DNA of 64,000 nucleotides from an uncultured Roseburia sp. (GTDB lineage: Bacteria > Bacillota > Clostridia > Lachnospirales > Lachnospiraceae): positions 20,119-84,118 of the forward strand of contig CANSKO010000009.1 in assembly GCA_947647505.1 (NCBI GenBank). The letters are read 5' to 3'. Made by a program: the position numbers and the translations under genes. The notes under the pieces are model-generated. The model saw nothing but the letters and a program-made list of their open reading frames with translations, searched no databases and was not told where the DNA came from. How positions within the stretch are numbered: the first letter of the stretch is position 1; every line of letters begins with the position of its first letter. Of the stretch, positions 51,300-62,056 are shown piece after piece.

Positions 51300-53088
51300 T
51301 TCCGTCAGAGAGCGGCTGTTTTTGCTGCGAAAGGAAATGAAACGGCGCGGCATCGACCTATATTTGATTCCGTCTTCGGATTTTCACGGTTCGGAATACG
51401 TGGGCGATTATTTTAAAGCAAGAGAATATATAACCGGCTTTACCGGTTCTGCCGGAACGGCTGTTGTCGCAAAGGACGAGGCATGGCTGTTTACCGACGG
51501 CAGATATTTCATTCAGGCCAGGCGGCAGCTGTCTGGCAGTGGGATTGCTCTGATGCGCGCGGGAGAGCCGAACGTGCCTTCTGTGGAAGCGTTTTTGAAG
51601 CAGAAGCTGCGCCGCGGCGGCTGCATCGGATTTGACGGAAGGTGCGTCTGCGCAAAAGCGGGAATGGCGTACGAGGCGATTGCAGAGGAAAAGCAGGGGA
51701 GGATTTTTTCAGAGGAAGATCTGGTCGGGGCGATCTGGAAGGACAGGCCGTCTATGGCAAAGGAACCGGTTTTTTTTCTGGAAGATCGTTTCAGCGGCCG
51801 GACGTTTGCGGAAAAAGTCGCAGACGTTCGCGCGGATATGGAACGGGCGGGCGCAAACGTGCACATTCTCTCTTCCCTGTGCGATATCGCATGGCTGTTA
51901 AATGTGCGCGGCGGCGATATCGACTATGTTCCGGTCGCGCTTTCTTATCTTGTGCTCAGTCTGCGGGAATGCATCTGGTTTGTGCAGGAAGAAGTTCTGA
52001 CAAAAGAACAGAGGGAGCGTTTGCAGGAGAACCAGATTCTCGTCAGGCCGTACGCGGTTTTTTATGATGCATTGCAGGAGATGCGGGCGGAGACGGTTCT
52101 GTATGATCCGACAGCGGTCAATTACAGCATGGTAAAGAGGATTGACGGGCATACAAAAAAGATCTGCGCGAAAAATCCTTCGGAGCTTCTGAAGGCAGTC
52201 AAAAATCCGGTTGAAATCGAAAATACGAAACGGGCGCATATCAAAGACGGCGTGGCGTTTGTAAAATTTATGCGCTGGATCAAAACGCAGGCGGAACAGG
52301 AATCTCTGACCGAACGACAGGCGGCGGCCTTTCTGCTGGAACGGCGAAAGGAGCAGGCGAATTTTCTGGAGCCGAGCTTTGAAACGATCTGCGCGTACGG
52401 CGCCAATGCAGCGATGATGCATTATGCGGCAACGGAAGAGAGCGACGCCAGAATACGAAAGGAAGGCTTTCTTCTGGTGGATTCCGGCGGGCATTATCTG
52501 GAAGGGACGACGGATCTGACGAGGACGCTTGCAATGGGGCGGACGGACGATGTCATGCGGCTGCATTATACGGCCGTTCTGCGGGCAAACCTGCGTCTTT
52601 CCGCCGCAAAATTTCTGCATGGCGTGGATGGAAGGAATCTGGATATTCTCGCAAGAGAGCCGCTTTGGAGCCTTGGGCTGGATTATCGGTGCGGAACAGG
52701 GCATGGCGTTGGACATGTGCTAAGCGTGCATGAAGGGCCGAACGCGTTCCGCTATCGGAAAAATGCCGATGGAAGCGATGCGGCAGTTCTGGAGGAAGGC
52801 ATGATTACGACGGATGAGCCAGGCGTTTATCTCGAAGGCGAATATGGCATTCGCATAGAAAACGAGCTGCTGTGCCGTAAGGCGGAACAGAATGCATATG
52901 GGCAGTTTTTATGCTTTGAGACGATTACGTATGCGCCCATTGATCTGGACGCGGTCGTGCCGGAGGCGATGACGGAAGCGGAACGGACGCAGCTGAATGC
53001 GTATCATCAGATGGTATACGACGTCTTATCTTCGCATCTTTCGGAGGAAGAAAATCGCTGGTTGAAAGAATATACGAGGGCAATATGA
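51292..53088 (+). CDS. Aminopeptidase P (M24B Xaa-Pro aminopeptidase)
   Basis: GFTGSAG, TDGRY, DSGGHYLEGTTDLTRT, GTGHGVG, VHEGP, EPG, GIRIEN. Confidence 0.93.
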   Translation: MSDSVRERLFLLRKEMKRRGIDLYLIPSSDFHGSEYVGDYFKAREYITGFTGSAGTAVVAKDEAWLFTDGRYFIQARRQLSGSGIALMRAGEPNVPSVEAFLKQKLRRGGCIGFDGRCVCAKAGMAYEAIAEEKQGRIFSEEDLVGAIWKDRPSMAKEPVFFLEDRFSGRTFAEKVADVRADMERAGANVHILSSLCDIAWLLNVRGGDIDYVPVALSYLVLSLRECIWFVQEEVLTKEQRERLQENQILVRPYAVFYDALQEMRAETVLYDPTAVNYSMVKRIDGHTKKICAKNPSELLKAVKNPVEIENTKRAHIKDGVAFVKFMRWIKTQAEQESLTERQAAAFLLERRKEQANFLEPSFETICAYGANAAMMHYAATEESDARIRKEGFLLVDSGGHYLEGTTDLTRTLAMGRTDDVMRLHYTAVLRANLRLSAAKFLHGVDGRNLDILAREPLWSLGLDYRCGTGHGVGHVLSVHEGPNAFRYRKNADGSDAAVLEEGMITTDEPGVYLEGEYGIRIENELLCRKAEQNAYGQFLCFETITYAPIDLDAVVPEAMTEAERTQLNAYHQMVYDVLSSHLSEEENRWLKEYTRAI

Positions 53089-55733
53089 AACAGAAAATAG
53101 TATTGATTGACGGTCACAGTATTTTAAACCGCGCGTTTTTTGGCATTCCGGATCTGACGAATCGGGAAGGGCTGCATACAAACGCGGTATACGGCTTTTT
53201 GAATATCCTGTTTAAGATACTCGATGAGGAACAGCCGCAGTATCTGACGGTGGCGTTCGATGTGCATGCGCCGACGTTTCGCCATAAGATGTATGCAGAC
53301 TACAAAGGGACGCGAAAGCCGATGGCGGAGGAATTGCGGCAGCAGGTGCCGTTAATGAAGCGGATGCTTCAGGCGATGCGCGTGCGCGTCGTGGAAAAAG
53401 AAGGCTATGAAGCGGACGATATTCTGGGAACGCTTGCAGGGCGCGCGGAAGAAGCCGGGCTTTTGGTTTCCGTCGTATCCGGCGACAGAGATCTTTTGCA
53501 GCTTGCAACGGAACAGGTAAAAATACGGATTCCAAAGACAAAGCGGACGGGCACGGAAATCGAAGATTATTATGCCGCCGACGTTAAAGCGCACTATCAG
53601 GTGACGCCAAAGGAGTTTATCGATGTAAAGGCCTTGATGGGAGATGCGTCGGACAATATTCCAGGCGTTCCCGGAATTGGCGAAAAGACGGCGACGAGCC
53701 TGATCGCATCCTACGGCAGTATCGAAAACGCCTATGCGCATATTGAAGAAATCCGTCCGGCCCGCGCAAAAGAAAGCCTGCGGGCGCATTACGATCTGGC
53801 GCAGCTGTCGAAGGAGCTGGCGACGATCAACGTGCAGGTGGAGCTTGCGTGCGACTGGGAGGAAGCCAGACTTGGGAGCCTGTTTACGGAGGAAGCGTAT
53901 CTTTTATGCAGGGAGCTGGATTTTAAGCAGATGCTGGGCCGTTTTGAAAAGAAAGCGCCAAAGGACAATGAAGCGTCCCGCTTTCGGCGGATTGAGGATT
54001 TTGCAGAGGCGCAGGAATATCTGGCGAAAGCAGAAGAAGCGGAATGCGTGGGAATGGCCATCGTATGGGAAAAGGAGCGGCTTTTGGGCGCGGCCGTCTG
54101 CCTGAGCGAAGAAGAGACGGCATATCTTCCGGTATTCGGACTGCTGACAGAGGCGTATCTGAAGGATCGCGTGCGCAGCTTTCTGCTGCATGCGCAGGTC
54201 TCGCTTTTGGATGTAAAGGAACAGGTCAGGCGGTTTTCGCTTCCGACTGCGGATGCATCGCTGCGGGAGCGTCTGTTTGACTGCGGCGTTGCGGCGTATC
54301 TTTTAAATCCACTGCAAAGCGAATATCCGTACGAAGCGATCGCACAGGACTGTCTGCATCAGACAATTCCTTCCGAAAGCGACCTGCTTGGCAAACAGGG
54401 TCTTGCAGCGGGGGATAAGGCAGATCAGGAGGCGTTTTTGGCCTGCGTCTGTCATATGGCGCATACGGCGTTTGCAGCAAAGCCCGTTCTGACGGAGCGT
54501 CTGAAAGAGACGGGTATGGACGCATTGTATCAGACGATCGAACTTCCGCTTGCCTTTGTGCTGGCCGACATGGAAGCGGAGGGCATTGCGGCGGATAAGG
54601 AAGCGCTGGCCGCATATGGCGAAAGCCTGACGGAGCGCATTCAGGAGCTTGCCAGGGAGATCTATGCGAAAGCGGGCGAGGAGTTTAATATCAATTCGCC
54701 AAAGCAGCTTGGCGTCATTCTGTTTGAAAAGCTCAACATGCCCTATGGCAAGAAGACGAAGACAGGCTATTCGACAGCCGCGGACGTGCTGGATAAGCTT
54801 GCGCCGGAGTATCCTCTGGTGGCGGATGTTTTAGAATATCGCCAGTTAGCGAAGCTAAAGTCAACGTACGCGGACGGGCTGGCGCATTTTATAGATGACG
54901 CGGGCCGGATTCACAGCACGTTTCATCAGAAGATTACCGCGACCGGAAGAATCAGCAGCGCAGACCCGAATCTGCAAAATATTCCGATTCGCATGGAGCT
55001 TGGGCGTCTGATCCGGAAAGTGTTTTTGCCGGCGGAGGGCAGCGTTTTTGTGGATGCGGACTATTCCCAGATCGAGCTTCGCATGCTGGCGCATATGTCG
55101 GGAGACGAGCAGCTGATCGGGGCGTACCGGGAAGCGGAGGATATTCACAGAATGACGGCTTCTCAGGTGTTTCATGTGCCGTTTGCGGAGGTGACGGATT
55201 TGCAGCGCAGAAACGCAAAGGCCGTCAACTTTGGAATCGTCTACGGCATCAGCTCGTTTGGCCTGAGCCAGGATCTGAGCATCAGCAGGAAAGAGGCTGC
55301 GGAATATATCGAGCGTTATTTTGAGACGTATCCAAAGATCAAAGCGTATCTGGATAAGCTGGTGGCGGATGCAAAGGAGAAGGGGTATTCTCTGACGATG
55401 TTTGGCAGGAGGCGGCCGCTGCCGGAGCTTGCGTCGGGCAATTTTATGCAGCGTTCGTTTGGCGAGCGCGTGGCGATGAACGCGCCGATTCAGGGGTCGG
55501 CGGCAGACATTATCAAAATTGCAATGATTCGCGTGCATGACCGTCTGGCGGCGGAAGGGCTTTTGTCGAAGCTGATTCTTCAGGTGCACGACGAATTGCT
55601 GATTGAGGCGCGGAAAGAAGAAGTGGAACAGGTGAAGCAGATTTTGGCAGAGGAAATGCGCGGCGCGGCAAAGCTGTCCGTGGAGCTGGAAATCGATATG
55701 CATACCGGAGCGAACTGGTATGAGGCAAAATAA
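53085..55733 (+). CDS. polA: DNA polymerase I
   Basis: LIDGHS 5'-exonuclease, TGRISS, DYSQIELR, AKAVNFGIVYG, QVHDEL. Confidence 0.98.
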   Translation: MKQKIVLIDGHSILNRAFFGIPDLTNREGLHTNAVYGFLNILFKILDEEQPQYLTVAFDVHAPTFRHKMYADYKGTRKPMAEELRQQVPLMKRMLQAMRVRVVEKEGYEADDILGTLAGRAEEAGLLVSVVSGDRDLLQLATEQVKIRIPKTKRTGTEIEDYYAADVKAHYQVTPKEFIDVKALMGDASDNIPGVPGIGEKTATSLIASYGSIENAYAHIEEIRPARAKESLRAHYDLAQLSKELATINVQVELACDWEEARLGSLFTEEAYLLCRELDFKQMLGRFEKKAPKDNEASRFRRIEDFAEAQEYLAKAEEAECVGMAIVWEKERLLGAAVCLSEEETAYLPVFGLLTEAYLKDRVRSFLLHAQVSLLDVKEQVRRFSLPTADASLRERLFDCGVAAYLLNPLQSEYPYEAIAQDCLHQTIPSESDLLGKQGLAAGDKADQEAFLACVCHMAHTAFAAKPVLTERLKETGMDALYQTIELPLAFVLADMEAEGIAADKEALAAYGESLTERIQELAREIYAKAGEEFNINSPKQLGVILFEKLNMPYGKKTKTGYSTAADVLDKLAPEYPLVADVLEYRQLAKLKSTYADGLAHFIDDAGRIHSTFHQKITATGRISSADPNLQNIPIRMELGRLIRKVFLPAEGSVFVDADYSQIELRMLAHMSGDEQLIGAYREAEDIHRMTASQVFHVPFAEVTDLQRRNAKAVNFGIVYGISSFGLSQDLSISRKEAAEYIERYFETYPKIKAYLDKLVADAKEKGYSLTMFGRRRPLPELASGNFMQRSFGERVAMNAPIQGSAADIIKIAMIRVHDRLAAEGLLSKLILQVHDELLIEARKEEVEQVKQILAEEMRGAAKLSVELEIDMHTGANWYEAK

Positions 55734-55743
55734 AGGTGGCAGT

Positions 55744-56364
55744 ATGAAGTTTATCGGAGTTACAGGCGGCGTGGGCGCGGGGAAATCCGAACTCCTCCAA
55801 TTTATGGAACGGGAATATCCGGCGCGCGTCGTTTATGCGGATCAGCTGGCGCATGCGCTGATGGAGCCGGGGACGGACTGTTATCGTAGGATCCGGTCCG
55901 CATTTGCGGGAGAGGACATCGTTTCGCAGGATGGCGCGCTGGACGCGGAAAAACTGGCGTCGGTTATTTTTTCCGACGAAGAGAAGCGCAGGAAGTTAAA
56001 TGGCATCGTGCATCCCGCGGTGAAGCGCGAAGCGCTGCGGATGGCAGAAGAGGAGCGGGCGCGCGGCAGATGCCGTTACTTTATTCTGGAAGCGGCGCTT
56101 TTGATCGAAGAGGGATACGACAGACTGTGCGATGAGCTGTGGTACGTAGACGCGAAACAGGAAGTGCGCCGCAGACGGCTTATAAAGAGCCGGGGGTATT
56201 CCGATGCAAAAATCGACGCGATCGTTCAAAGTCAGCTTTCGGAGGAAGATTACCGCCGTCATTGCAGCCGGGTGATCGACAACAGCGGTTCGCTGGAAGA
56301 AGCGTTTGCGCAGGTGCGGGCGGCGTTACAGGAGGCGGCGCCGCAGAACGGCAGAAAAAAATAA
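55744..56364 (+). CDS. coaE: Dephospho-CoA kinase
   Basis: IGVTGGVGAGKS, LNGIVHP, EAALLIE, IDNSG; follows polA. Confidence 0.93.
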   Translation: MKFIGVTGGVGAGKSELLQFMEREYPARVVYADQLAHALMEPGTDCYRRIRSAFAGEDIVSQDGALDAEKLASVIFSDEEKRRKLNGIVHPAVKREALRMAEEERARGRCRYFILEAALLIEEGYDRLCDELWYVDAKQEVRRRRLIKSRGYSDAKIDAIVQSQLSEEDYRRHCSRVIDNSGSLEEAFAQVRAALQEAAPQNGRKK

Positions 56365-56382
56365 AAGTCAGGAGATGGAAAC

Positions 56383-58590
56383 GTGGAGAAGAGAGAGATT
56401 GGAGGCGAGCTGGTATTCGGGCTTGACATCGGGACGCGCAATGTCGTGGGAACGGTAGGATATCAGATCGGAAAAGAATTCATTGTAATTGCGCAGCATT
56501 CCGTAGAGCACGAGACGCGCGCGATGATGGACGGGCAGATTCATGATATAGGGAGGGTTGGCCGGACGATCCGCATTGTAAAGGATGCGCTGGAAGAGCA
56601 GACGGGACAGGCACTGACGTCGGTATGCATTGCGGCGGCCGGGCGCGTACTGAAAACCGTAACCGTCAATATCGAGCAGAAATACGAATCCGAAATGGTT
56701 GTTTCGGCGGAAGACGTACATACGCTGGATCTGCTTGGCATTGAGAAAGCGCAGTCGATTCTGAAGGTGGAAAACGATACGAATTACAAGTTTTACTGCG
56801 TTGGCTATTCGGTGATCCGCTATTATCTGAACGATGATGTTTTTGCAAGTCTGGAAGGGCATAAGGCGGAGCGGATCGCGGAGGACGTTATCGTGACGTT
56901 TCTGCCGGAAGACGTGATCGACGGTCTGTATGCCGCAGTTGCGCTGGCCGGGCTGAATGTGGCGAATCTGACGCTTGAGCCAATTGCGGCAATTGACATC
57001 GCCATTCCGGAAAATTTCCGCATGTTAAATATTGCGCTTGTAGATATTGGCGCCGGAACGTCCGACATATCCGTAACGAGGGACGGCAGCATTATCGCCT
57101 ATGGCATGATTCCTCTGGCCGGCGATGAAATTACGGAGATGATTGCGCAGCATTATCTTGTTGATTTTCAGACGGCGGAGCAGATCAAAATTGCGTCGGC
57201 GGAAGATGCGGAAATTGAATATACGGACATCATGCAGTTAAAGCATACGATCCCGGCGAAAGAAGTGTGGGAGCTGACGGAAGAGCTTGTAGACGGCATA
57301 ACGACGGATATTGCAAATAAAATCATAGAGTTAAACGGAGATCGAAGCGTAAAGGCCGTCTTTATCGTTGGCGGCGGCGGGAAAATGCATGGCTTTGAAA
57401 CACGTCTGGCGGATAAGCTGAAGCTTCCGCAGGAGCGCGTGGCCCTGCGCGGCGCGGAGGTGCTGCAGCAGGTGACGTTTGAGCAGCCGGAGGTTCGAAA
57501 AGATCCGCTGCTTGTGACGCCCGTCGGCATCTGTCTGAATTATTATGAACAGAAAAACAGCTTTATCATGGTGCATTTTAACGGAGAGCGGATTAAGCTG
57601 TATGACAACAACCGTCTGACAATCGTAGACGCCGCGCTGCAGGCGGGTTTTCCAAATGAGCAGCTGTTTCCAAGACGCGGCAGGGAAATTAATTTTATTG
57701 TAAACGGCACGCCGCGGATTGCGCGCGGAGAAGTCGGAGAATCCGCCATTGTAAAGGTCAATGACAAGCTGACGAATATCAACGCTCCACTGCTTGCAAA
57801 CAGCTATATTACGATCGAGCCGTCTACGGAAGGAAAAGCGGCCAGAATTACGGTCGGAGACATTGCCGATTATGAGGAAACGGTAAATTTCATCGTCAAT
57901 GGAAAGAATATCCTCTGCCCGAAATTTGTGGAAGTAAACGGGGCGATCGCGCTTTCCTCCTATGAGATCAAAGAAGGAGACGTAGTGGAGACGAAGAGCT
58001 TCTATACGATTGCGCAGCTTGCGGAATTTATGGACGTATGCGTCGATACGAATCATGAAATTCTCGTCAACAACCGTCCGTCGGATCTGGATACGCTGGT
58101 GTATGAAAATTTTACGATTGAGTGGACGACGGATACGATGTTAGAGGAGCAGGAGGACATGCAGGAAGCGCCGGCTTTGGAAGAGGCGCGCGCAACGGAG
58201 CCTGTAAGGGAGGACGATCCGGAAGAAATGCGGATGCAGGAGATTTCCGTGGGCGAAGCCTATGACGAAGCGGAAGAAGAGTACGAGGAGCAGGATACGG
58301 AGGCGCCGGAGGAAATGGAAGACGATGGGGCGATGGAAAAAGAACAGGAGCCTTATGCGCAGGATGCAGAGGAAGAGGGGCCTGTCATGGATGTGTACGT
58401 CAACGGAGAGACGGTGCGCCTGACCGGAAAGACAGAGTATATTTTCGTGGATATTTTTGACTTTATTGATTTTGATCTGAAAGCGTCCAATGGCCGCGCA
58501 ATCGTAATTAAGGTGAACGGGGAATATACGGATTACGTGCGGCGTCTGGACGAAGGCGATCAAATTGAAATTTACTGGGAAGAGAAGTAG
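56383..58590 (+). CDS. FtsA/PilM-like actin-fold ATPase with C-terminal ThiS/ubiquitin-like repeats
   Basis: GLDIGTR, LEPIAA, VDIGAGTSD, IVGGG; repeated xVNG beta-grasp-like units and an acidic linker. Confidence 0.8.
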   Translation: MEKREIGGELVFGLDIGTRNVVGTVGYQIGKEFIVIAQHSVEHETRAMMDGQIHDIGRVGRTIRIVKDALEEQTGQALTSVCIAAAGRVLKTVTVNIEQKYESEMVVSAEDVHTLDLLGIEKAQSILKVENDTNYKFYCVGYSVIRYYLNDDVFASLEGHKAERIAEDVIVTFLPEDVIDGLYAAVALAGLNVANLTLEPIAAIDIAIPENFRMLNIALVDIGAGTSDISVTRDGSIIAYGMIPLAGDEITEMIAQHYLVDFQTAEQIKIASAEDAEIEYTDIMQLKHTIPAKEVWELTEELVDGITTDIANKIIELNGDRSVKAVFIVGGGGKMHGFETRLADKLKLPQERVALRGAEVLQQVTFEQPEVRKDPLLVTPVGICLNYYEQKNSFIMVHFNGERIKLYDNNRLTIVDAALQAGFPNEQLFPRRGREINFIVNGTPRIARGEVGESAIVKVNDKLTNINAPLLANSYITIEPSTEGKAARITVGDIADYEETVNFIVNGKNILCPKFVEVNGAIALSSYEIKEGDVVETKSFYTIAQLAEFMDVCVDTNHEILVNNRPSDLDTLVYENFTIEWTTDTMLEEQEDMQEAPALEEARATEPVREDDPEEMRMQEISVGEAYDEAEEEYEEQDTEAPEEMEDDGAMEKEQEPYAQDAEEEGPVMDVYVNGETVRLTGKTEYIFVDIFDFIDFDLKASNGRAIVIKVNGEYTDYVRRLDEGDQIEIYWEEK

Positions 58591-58594
58591 ACAG

Positions 58595-59392
58595 ATGGAA
58601 TTATGCAGTATAGCAAGCGGCAGCAGCGGCAATTGCATTATGGCGGGCGGCGGGGGCGGACGCCTTATCATTGACGCGGGCATAAGCGGAAAACGAATCG
58701 AGCAGGGGCTGAATGCGCTGGGACACAAGACGGCCGAGATGCGTTGCGTTCTGGTGACGCATGAGCATATGGACCATATTGCAGGGCTTGGCGTAATTGC
58801 AAGAAAGCACGGGCTTCCGATTTATGCGACGGAAGGGACGAAGCGCGCCATATTACAGACGAAAAGCGTCGGAACGATTGACGCGTCGCTGTTTCATACG
58901 ATTGTTCCGGGAGAGGCGTTTTCGGTCGGAGAGCTTGTCATAGAGCCAATTGGCATTTCGCATGACGCTGCGGACCCTGTAGCCTACATAATACGGGATG
59001 GAGAAAAGTCGGCGGCCGTCATCACCGATCTTGGCACGTACGACGCGAGCCTTGAGGAAACGTTAAAAGGCGTCCAGCTGCTTTTGCTGGAAGCCAATCA
59101 TGACGTCAATATGCTTTTAACAGGTCCGTATCCGTATTTTTTAAAACAGAGGATTTTGGGCGCGCGCGGGCATCTGTCCAACGAATGCTGCGGGCAGCTT
59201 CTGGGGCGTCTTTTACACGATGGATTTCAGGCGGCGCTGCTGGGACATCTGAGCAGGGAAAATAACTATGCCGCGCTTGCCTATGAAACGGTTCGCCTGG
59301 AAATTACCATGGGGGAAGGCCCATATCGCGGAAATGATTTTCCGATTTACGTCGCAGGACAGGACGAGACATCGGCCATGTTATCCGTCTGA
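58595..59392 (+). CDS. YycJ/WalJ-like metallo-beta-lactamase fold hydrolase
   Basis: ASGSSGNC, THEHMDH, EANHD, GHLSN, HLSRENN. Confidence 0.9.
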   Translation: MELCSIASGSSGNCIMAGGGGGRLIIDAGISGKRIEQGLNALGHKTAEMRCVLVTHEHMDHIAGLGVIARKHGLPIYATEGTKRAILQTKSVGTIDASLFHTIVPGEAFSVGELVIEPIGISHDAADPVAYIIRDGEKSAAVITDLGTYDASLEETLKGVQLLLLEANHDVNMLLTGPYPYFLKQRILGARGHLSNECCGQLLGRLLHDGFQAALLGHLSRENNYAALAYETVRLEITMGEGPYRGNDFPIYVAGQDETSAMLSV

Positions 59393-59464
59393 AAGGGAAA
59401 AGGAATGGATTAAGAAAGAACTGTAAAACATATAGTTTACCATGAAGTTTTGGAGGTTAAAATT

Positions 59465-60451
59465 ATGTGTACGGCAGCTGTTTACAGGACAAAGGATTTT
59501 TATTTCGGACGCACGCTGGATTACGGCGTTTCGTATGATGAAGAGGTTGCGATTATGCCGCGGCGCTGCGGCATTGATTTTGGCGGCATGGGGATGTTGA
59601 AGCGTCATTATGCGATGATCGGCGTAGCGCATGTGGAAAAGCAGTATCCGATGTATTATGATGCGGTCAATGAAAAAGGGCTTGGCATGGCGGGGCTGAA
59701 TTTTACGGGCAACGCAGTTTACAAAGAGAAAATGCGGGGAAAGGACAATGTGCCGGTTTATGCGTTTATTCCCTGGATTTTAAGCCAGTGCGCAACGGTG
59801 GAGGAGGCCAGACGGCTTTTGAAAAGAATGAATCTGACGAAAGAGCCGTTTTGTGAGACGATTCCTCCGGCGCAGCTGCACTGGCTGATCAGCGACAGAG
59901 AGGAATCCATTACGGTGGAGGCCGTGGAAGAGGGCGTGCTTGTCTATGACAATCCGGTTGGCGTGCTGACGAATAATCCGCCGTTCCCGATGCAGATGTT
60001 TCATCTGAACAATTACATGCAGCTGACGCCTGGCCCTCCGACGAATCGTTTTTCGCAGAGCCTTTCGCTTCAGACATACTGTGTTGGCATGGGCGCGATC
60101 GGGCTGCCGGGAGACGTATCGTCGCAGTCGAGATTTGTCCGCGCCGCATTTGTAAAGATGAATTCCGTATCCGGCGATTCGGAAGCGGAGAGCGTAAGTC
60201 AGTTTTTTCATATTCTGGGTTCCGTGGAGCAGCAGCGCGGATGCTGCATTGCGAAGGACGGCGCATATGAAGTGACGCTGTATACGTCCTGCTGCAATGC
60301 GGATACGGGGATGTATTATTACACCACATATGACAATCATCAGATTACGGCAGTTTCTTTGCATGCGGAAGATCTGGAGGGAGAGCTTTTAGCGCGCTAT
60401 CCTCTGGTTCGAAACGAACAGATTCCGGTGATCAACGAGAGAAATGCCTAA
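59465..60451 (+). CDS. bsh: Choloylglycine hydrolase (bile salt hydrolase)
   Basis: N-terminal MCTA nucleophile, FGRTLD, NEKGL, VLTNNP, GLPGD.SS.SRF. Confidence 0.85.
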   Translation: MCTAAVYRTKDFYFGRTLDYGVSYDEEVAIMPRRCGIDFGGMGMLKRHYAMIGVAHVEKQYPMYYDAVNEKGLGMAGLNFTGNAVYKEKMRGKDNVPVYAFIPWILSQCATVEEARRLLKRMNLTKEPFCETIPPAQLHWLISDREESITVEAVEEGVLVYDNPVGVLTNNPPFPMQMFHLNNYMQLTPGPPTNRFSQSLSLQTYCVGMGAIGLPGDVSSQSRFVRAAFVKMNSVSGDSEAESVSQFFHILGSVEQQRGCCIAKDGAYEVTLYTSCCNADTGMYYYTTYDNHQITAVSLHAEDLEGELLARYPLVRNEQIPVINERNA

Positions 60452-60553
60452 AATATATTTTACGAACCGTCCGGAGTGTGCTATGCTGTATACGGCTGCT
60501 GTTTTGCCGGCAAAAGAGATAGAAGGTACAAAAGGAAAAAGGGGGAGATACGT

Positions 60554-62056
60554 ATGTATGGAACATGGTGGTCGCTGGTTCCGCCGATCGTGGCGATTCT
60601 TCTGGCTTTGATTACAAAAGAGGTTTACAGCTCCTTGTTTTTCGGCGTGCTTTTGGGCGCGTTGTTTACCGCGGGCTTTCAGCCCTGGGAAACGTTTGAA
60701 ACGCTGTTTGTGACGATGACGGAAAACATGAATCTGAACATCATTCTGTTTGACGTGCTGCTTGGCATGATTATTGTGCTGATGTCGCAGTCCGGAGGCT
60801 CTGCCGCCTATGGCAGCTGGGCAAGCAGAAAGATCAAAAGCAAACGGACGTCTCTGTTTGCAACGATGGGGCTTGGCATGCTGATTTTTGTGGACGATTA
60901 TTTTAACTGCCTGACGGTTGGTTCCGTTATGCGTCCGGTTACGGATAAATATCATGTTTCGAGGGCGAAGCTGGCATATATTATTGATGCGACGGCTGCG
61001 CCGATCTGTATTATCGCGCCGATTTCAAGCTGGGCGGCGGCCGTCAACTCTTATGTGCCGAAAGATGGCTCTCTGACGGGCTTTCAGCTGTTTTTGCGGA
61101 CGATTCCGTATAATCTTTACGCGTTGCTGACAATTGGCATGGTGTTTTTGGTGATTGCCTGGAAATTTGACTTCGGCCTGATGAAAAAGCATGAGGAAAA
61201 TGCGGCAAACGGCGATCTGTTTACTTCCGGCGGGGAAGAGTTTGAAAGTATGCAGGAGGATAAAAAAAGCAACCCGAACGGAAAAGTCATAGACCTTGCG
61301 CTTCCGGTTGCGGTCCTGATTGCGTCTGCGGTTTTTGGCATGATTTATACCGGATTTCTGGGCGGCGCAGATACGGTGATTGATGCGTTTGCAGGCTGCG
61401 ATGCGGAAATGAGCCTGATTTTTGGCACGACGGTAACAGTGCTTTTTATGGCGGCGCTCTATCTGCCCAGGAAAGTTATTTCCTTCCACCGGTTTATGCA
61501 GGCGCTGGCGGAAGGGGCAAAGCTGATGATGCCCGCGATTTTGATTCTGACGTTTGCCTGGACGTTAAAAGGCATGGGAGATAATCTTGGCATTGCGGAA
61601 TTTGTCAAGGGCCTTGTAGGAACGGGCATGACGGCGAGCGCAGTCATTCCGGCGATTATGTTTGGGATTGCGCTGTTTCTGGGATTTTCCACAGGAACCT
61701 CCTGGGGCACGTTTGCGATTCTGGTGCCGATTGTTGTAAACATGTATGCGGGAAATGACGAGGAAATGATGATCATTGCCGTTTCCGCAGTATTGGCCGG
61801 CGCAGTCTGCGGCGATCATATATCGCCCATTTCAGATACGACGATTATGTCGTCTGCGGGCGCGCAGAGCAATCATATCAACCATGTGCAGACGCAGATG
61901 CAGTATGCGATGCTGGTAGCCGTGATCTGCGCGCTGGGGTACGTCGTTGCAGGCATCAGCAAGAGCTGGATGATTTCGCTTGGCAGCTCCGCGGCGCTTC
62001 TGGTTGTGGCGCTGTATGCGCTGAAGCGCAAATACGGCGGCGGAGAGACGGTATGA
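60554..62056 (+). CDS. NhaC-family transporter (putative amino acid/cation transporter)
   Basis: IFVDDYFNCL, IIDATAAP, TGTSWGTF, GDHISPISDTT. Confidence 0.88.
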   Translation: MYGTWWSLVPPIVAILLALITKEVYSSLFFGVLLGALFTAGFQPWETFETLFVTMTENMNLNIILFDVLLGMIIVLMSQSGGSAAYGSWASRKIKSKRTSLFATMGLGMLIFVDDYFNCLTVGSVMRPVTDKYHVSRAKLAYIIDATAAPICIIAPISSWAAAVNSYVPKDGSLTGFQLFLRTIPYNLYALLTIGMVFLVIAWKFDFGLMKKHEENAANGDLFTSGGEEFESMQEDKKSNPNGKVIDLALPVAVLIASAVFGMIYTGFLGGADTVIDAFAGCDAEMSLIFGTTVTVLFMAALYLPRKVISFHRFMQALAEGAKLMMPAILILTFAWTLKGMGDNLGIAEFVKGLVGTGMTASAVIPAIMFGIALFLGFSTGTSWGTFAILVPIVVNMYAGNDEEMMIIAVSAVLAGAVCGDHISPISDTTIMSSAGAQSNHINHVQTQMQYAMLVAVICALGYVVAGISKSWMISLGSSAALLVVALYALKRKYGGGETV

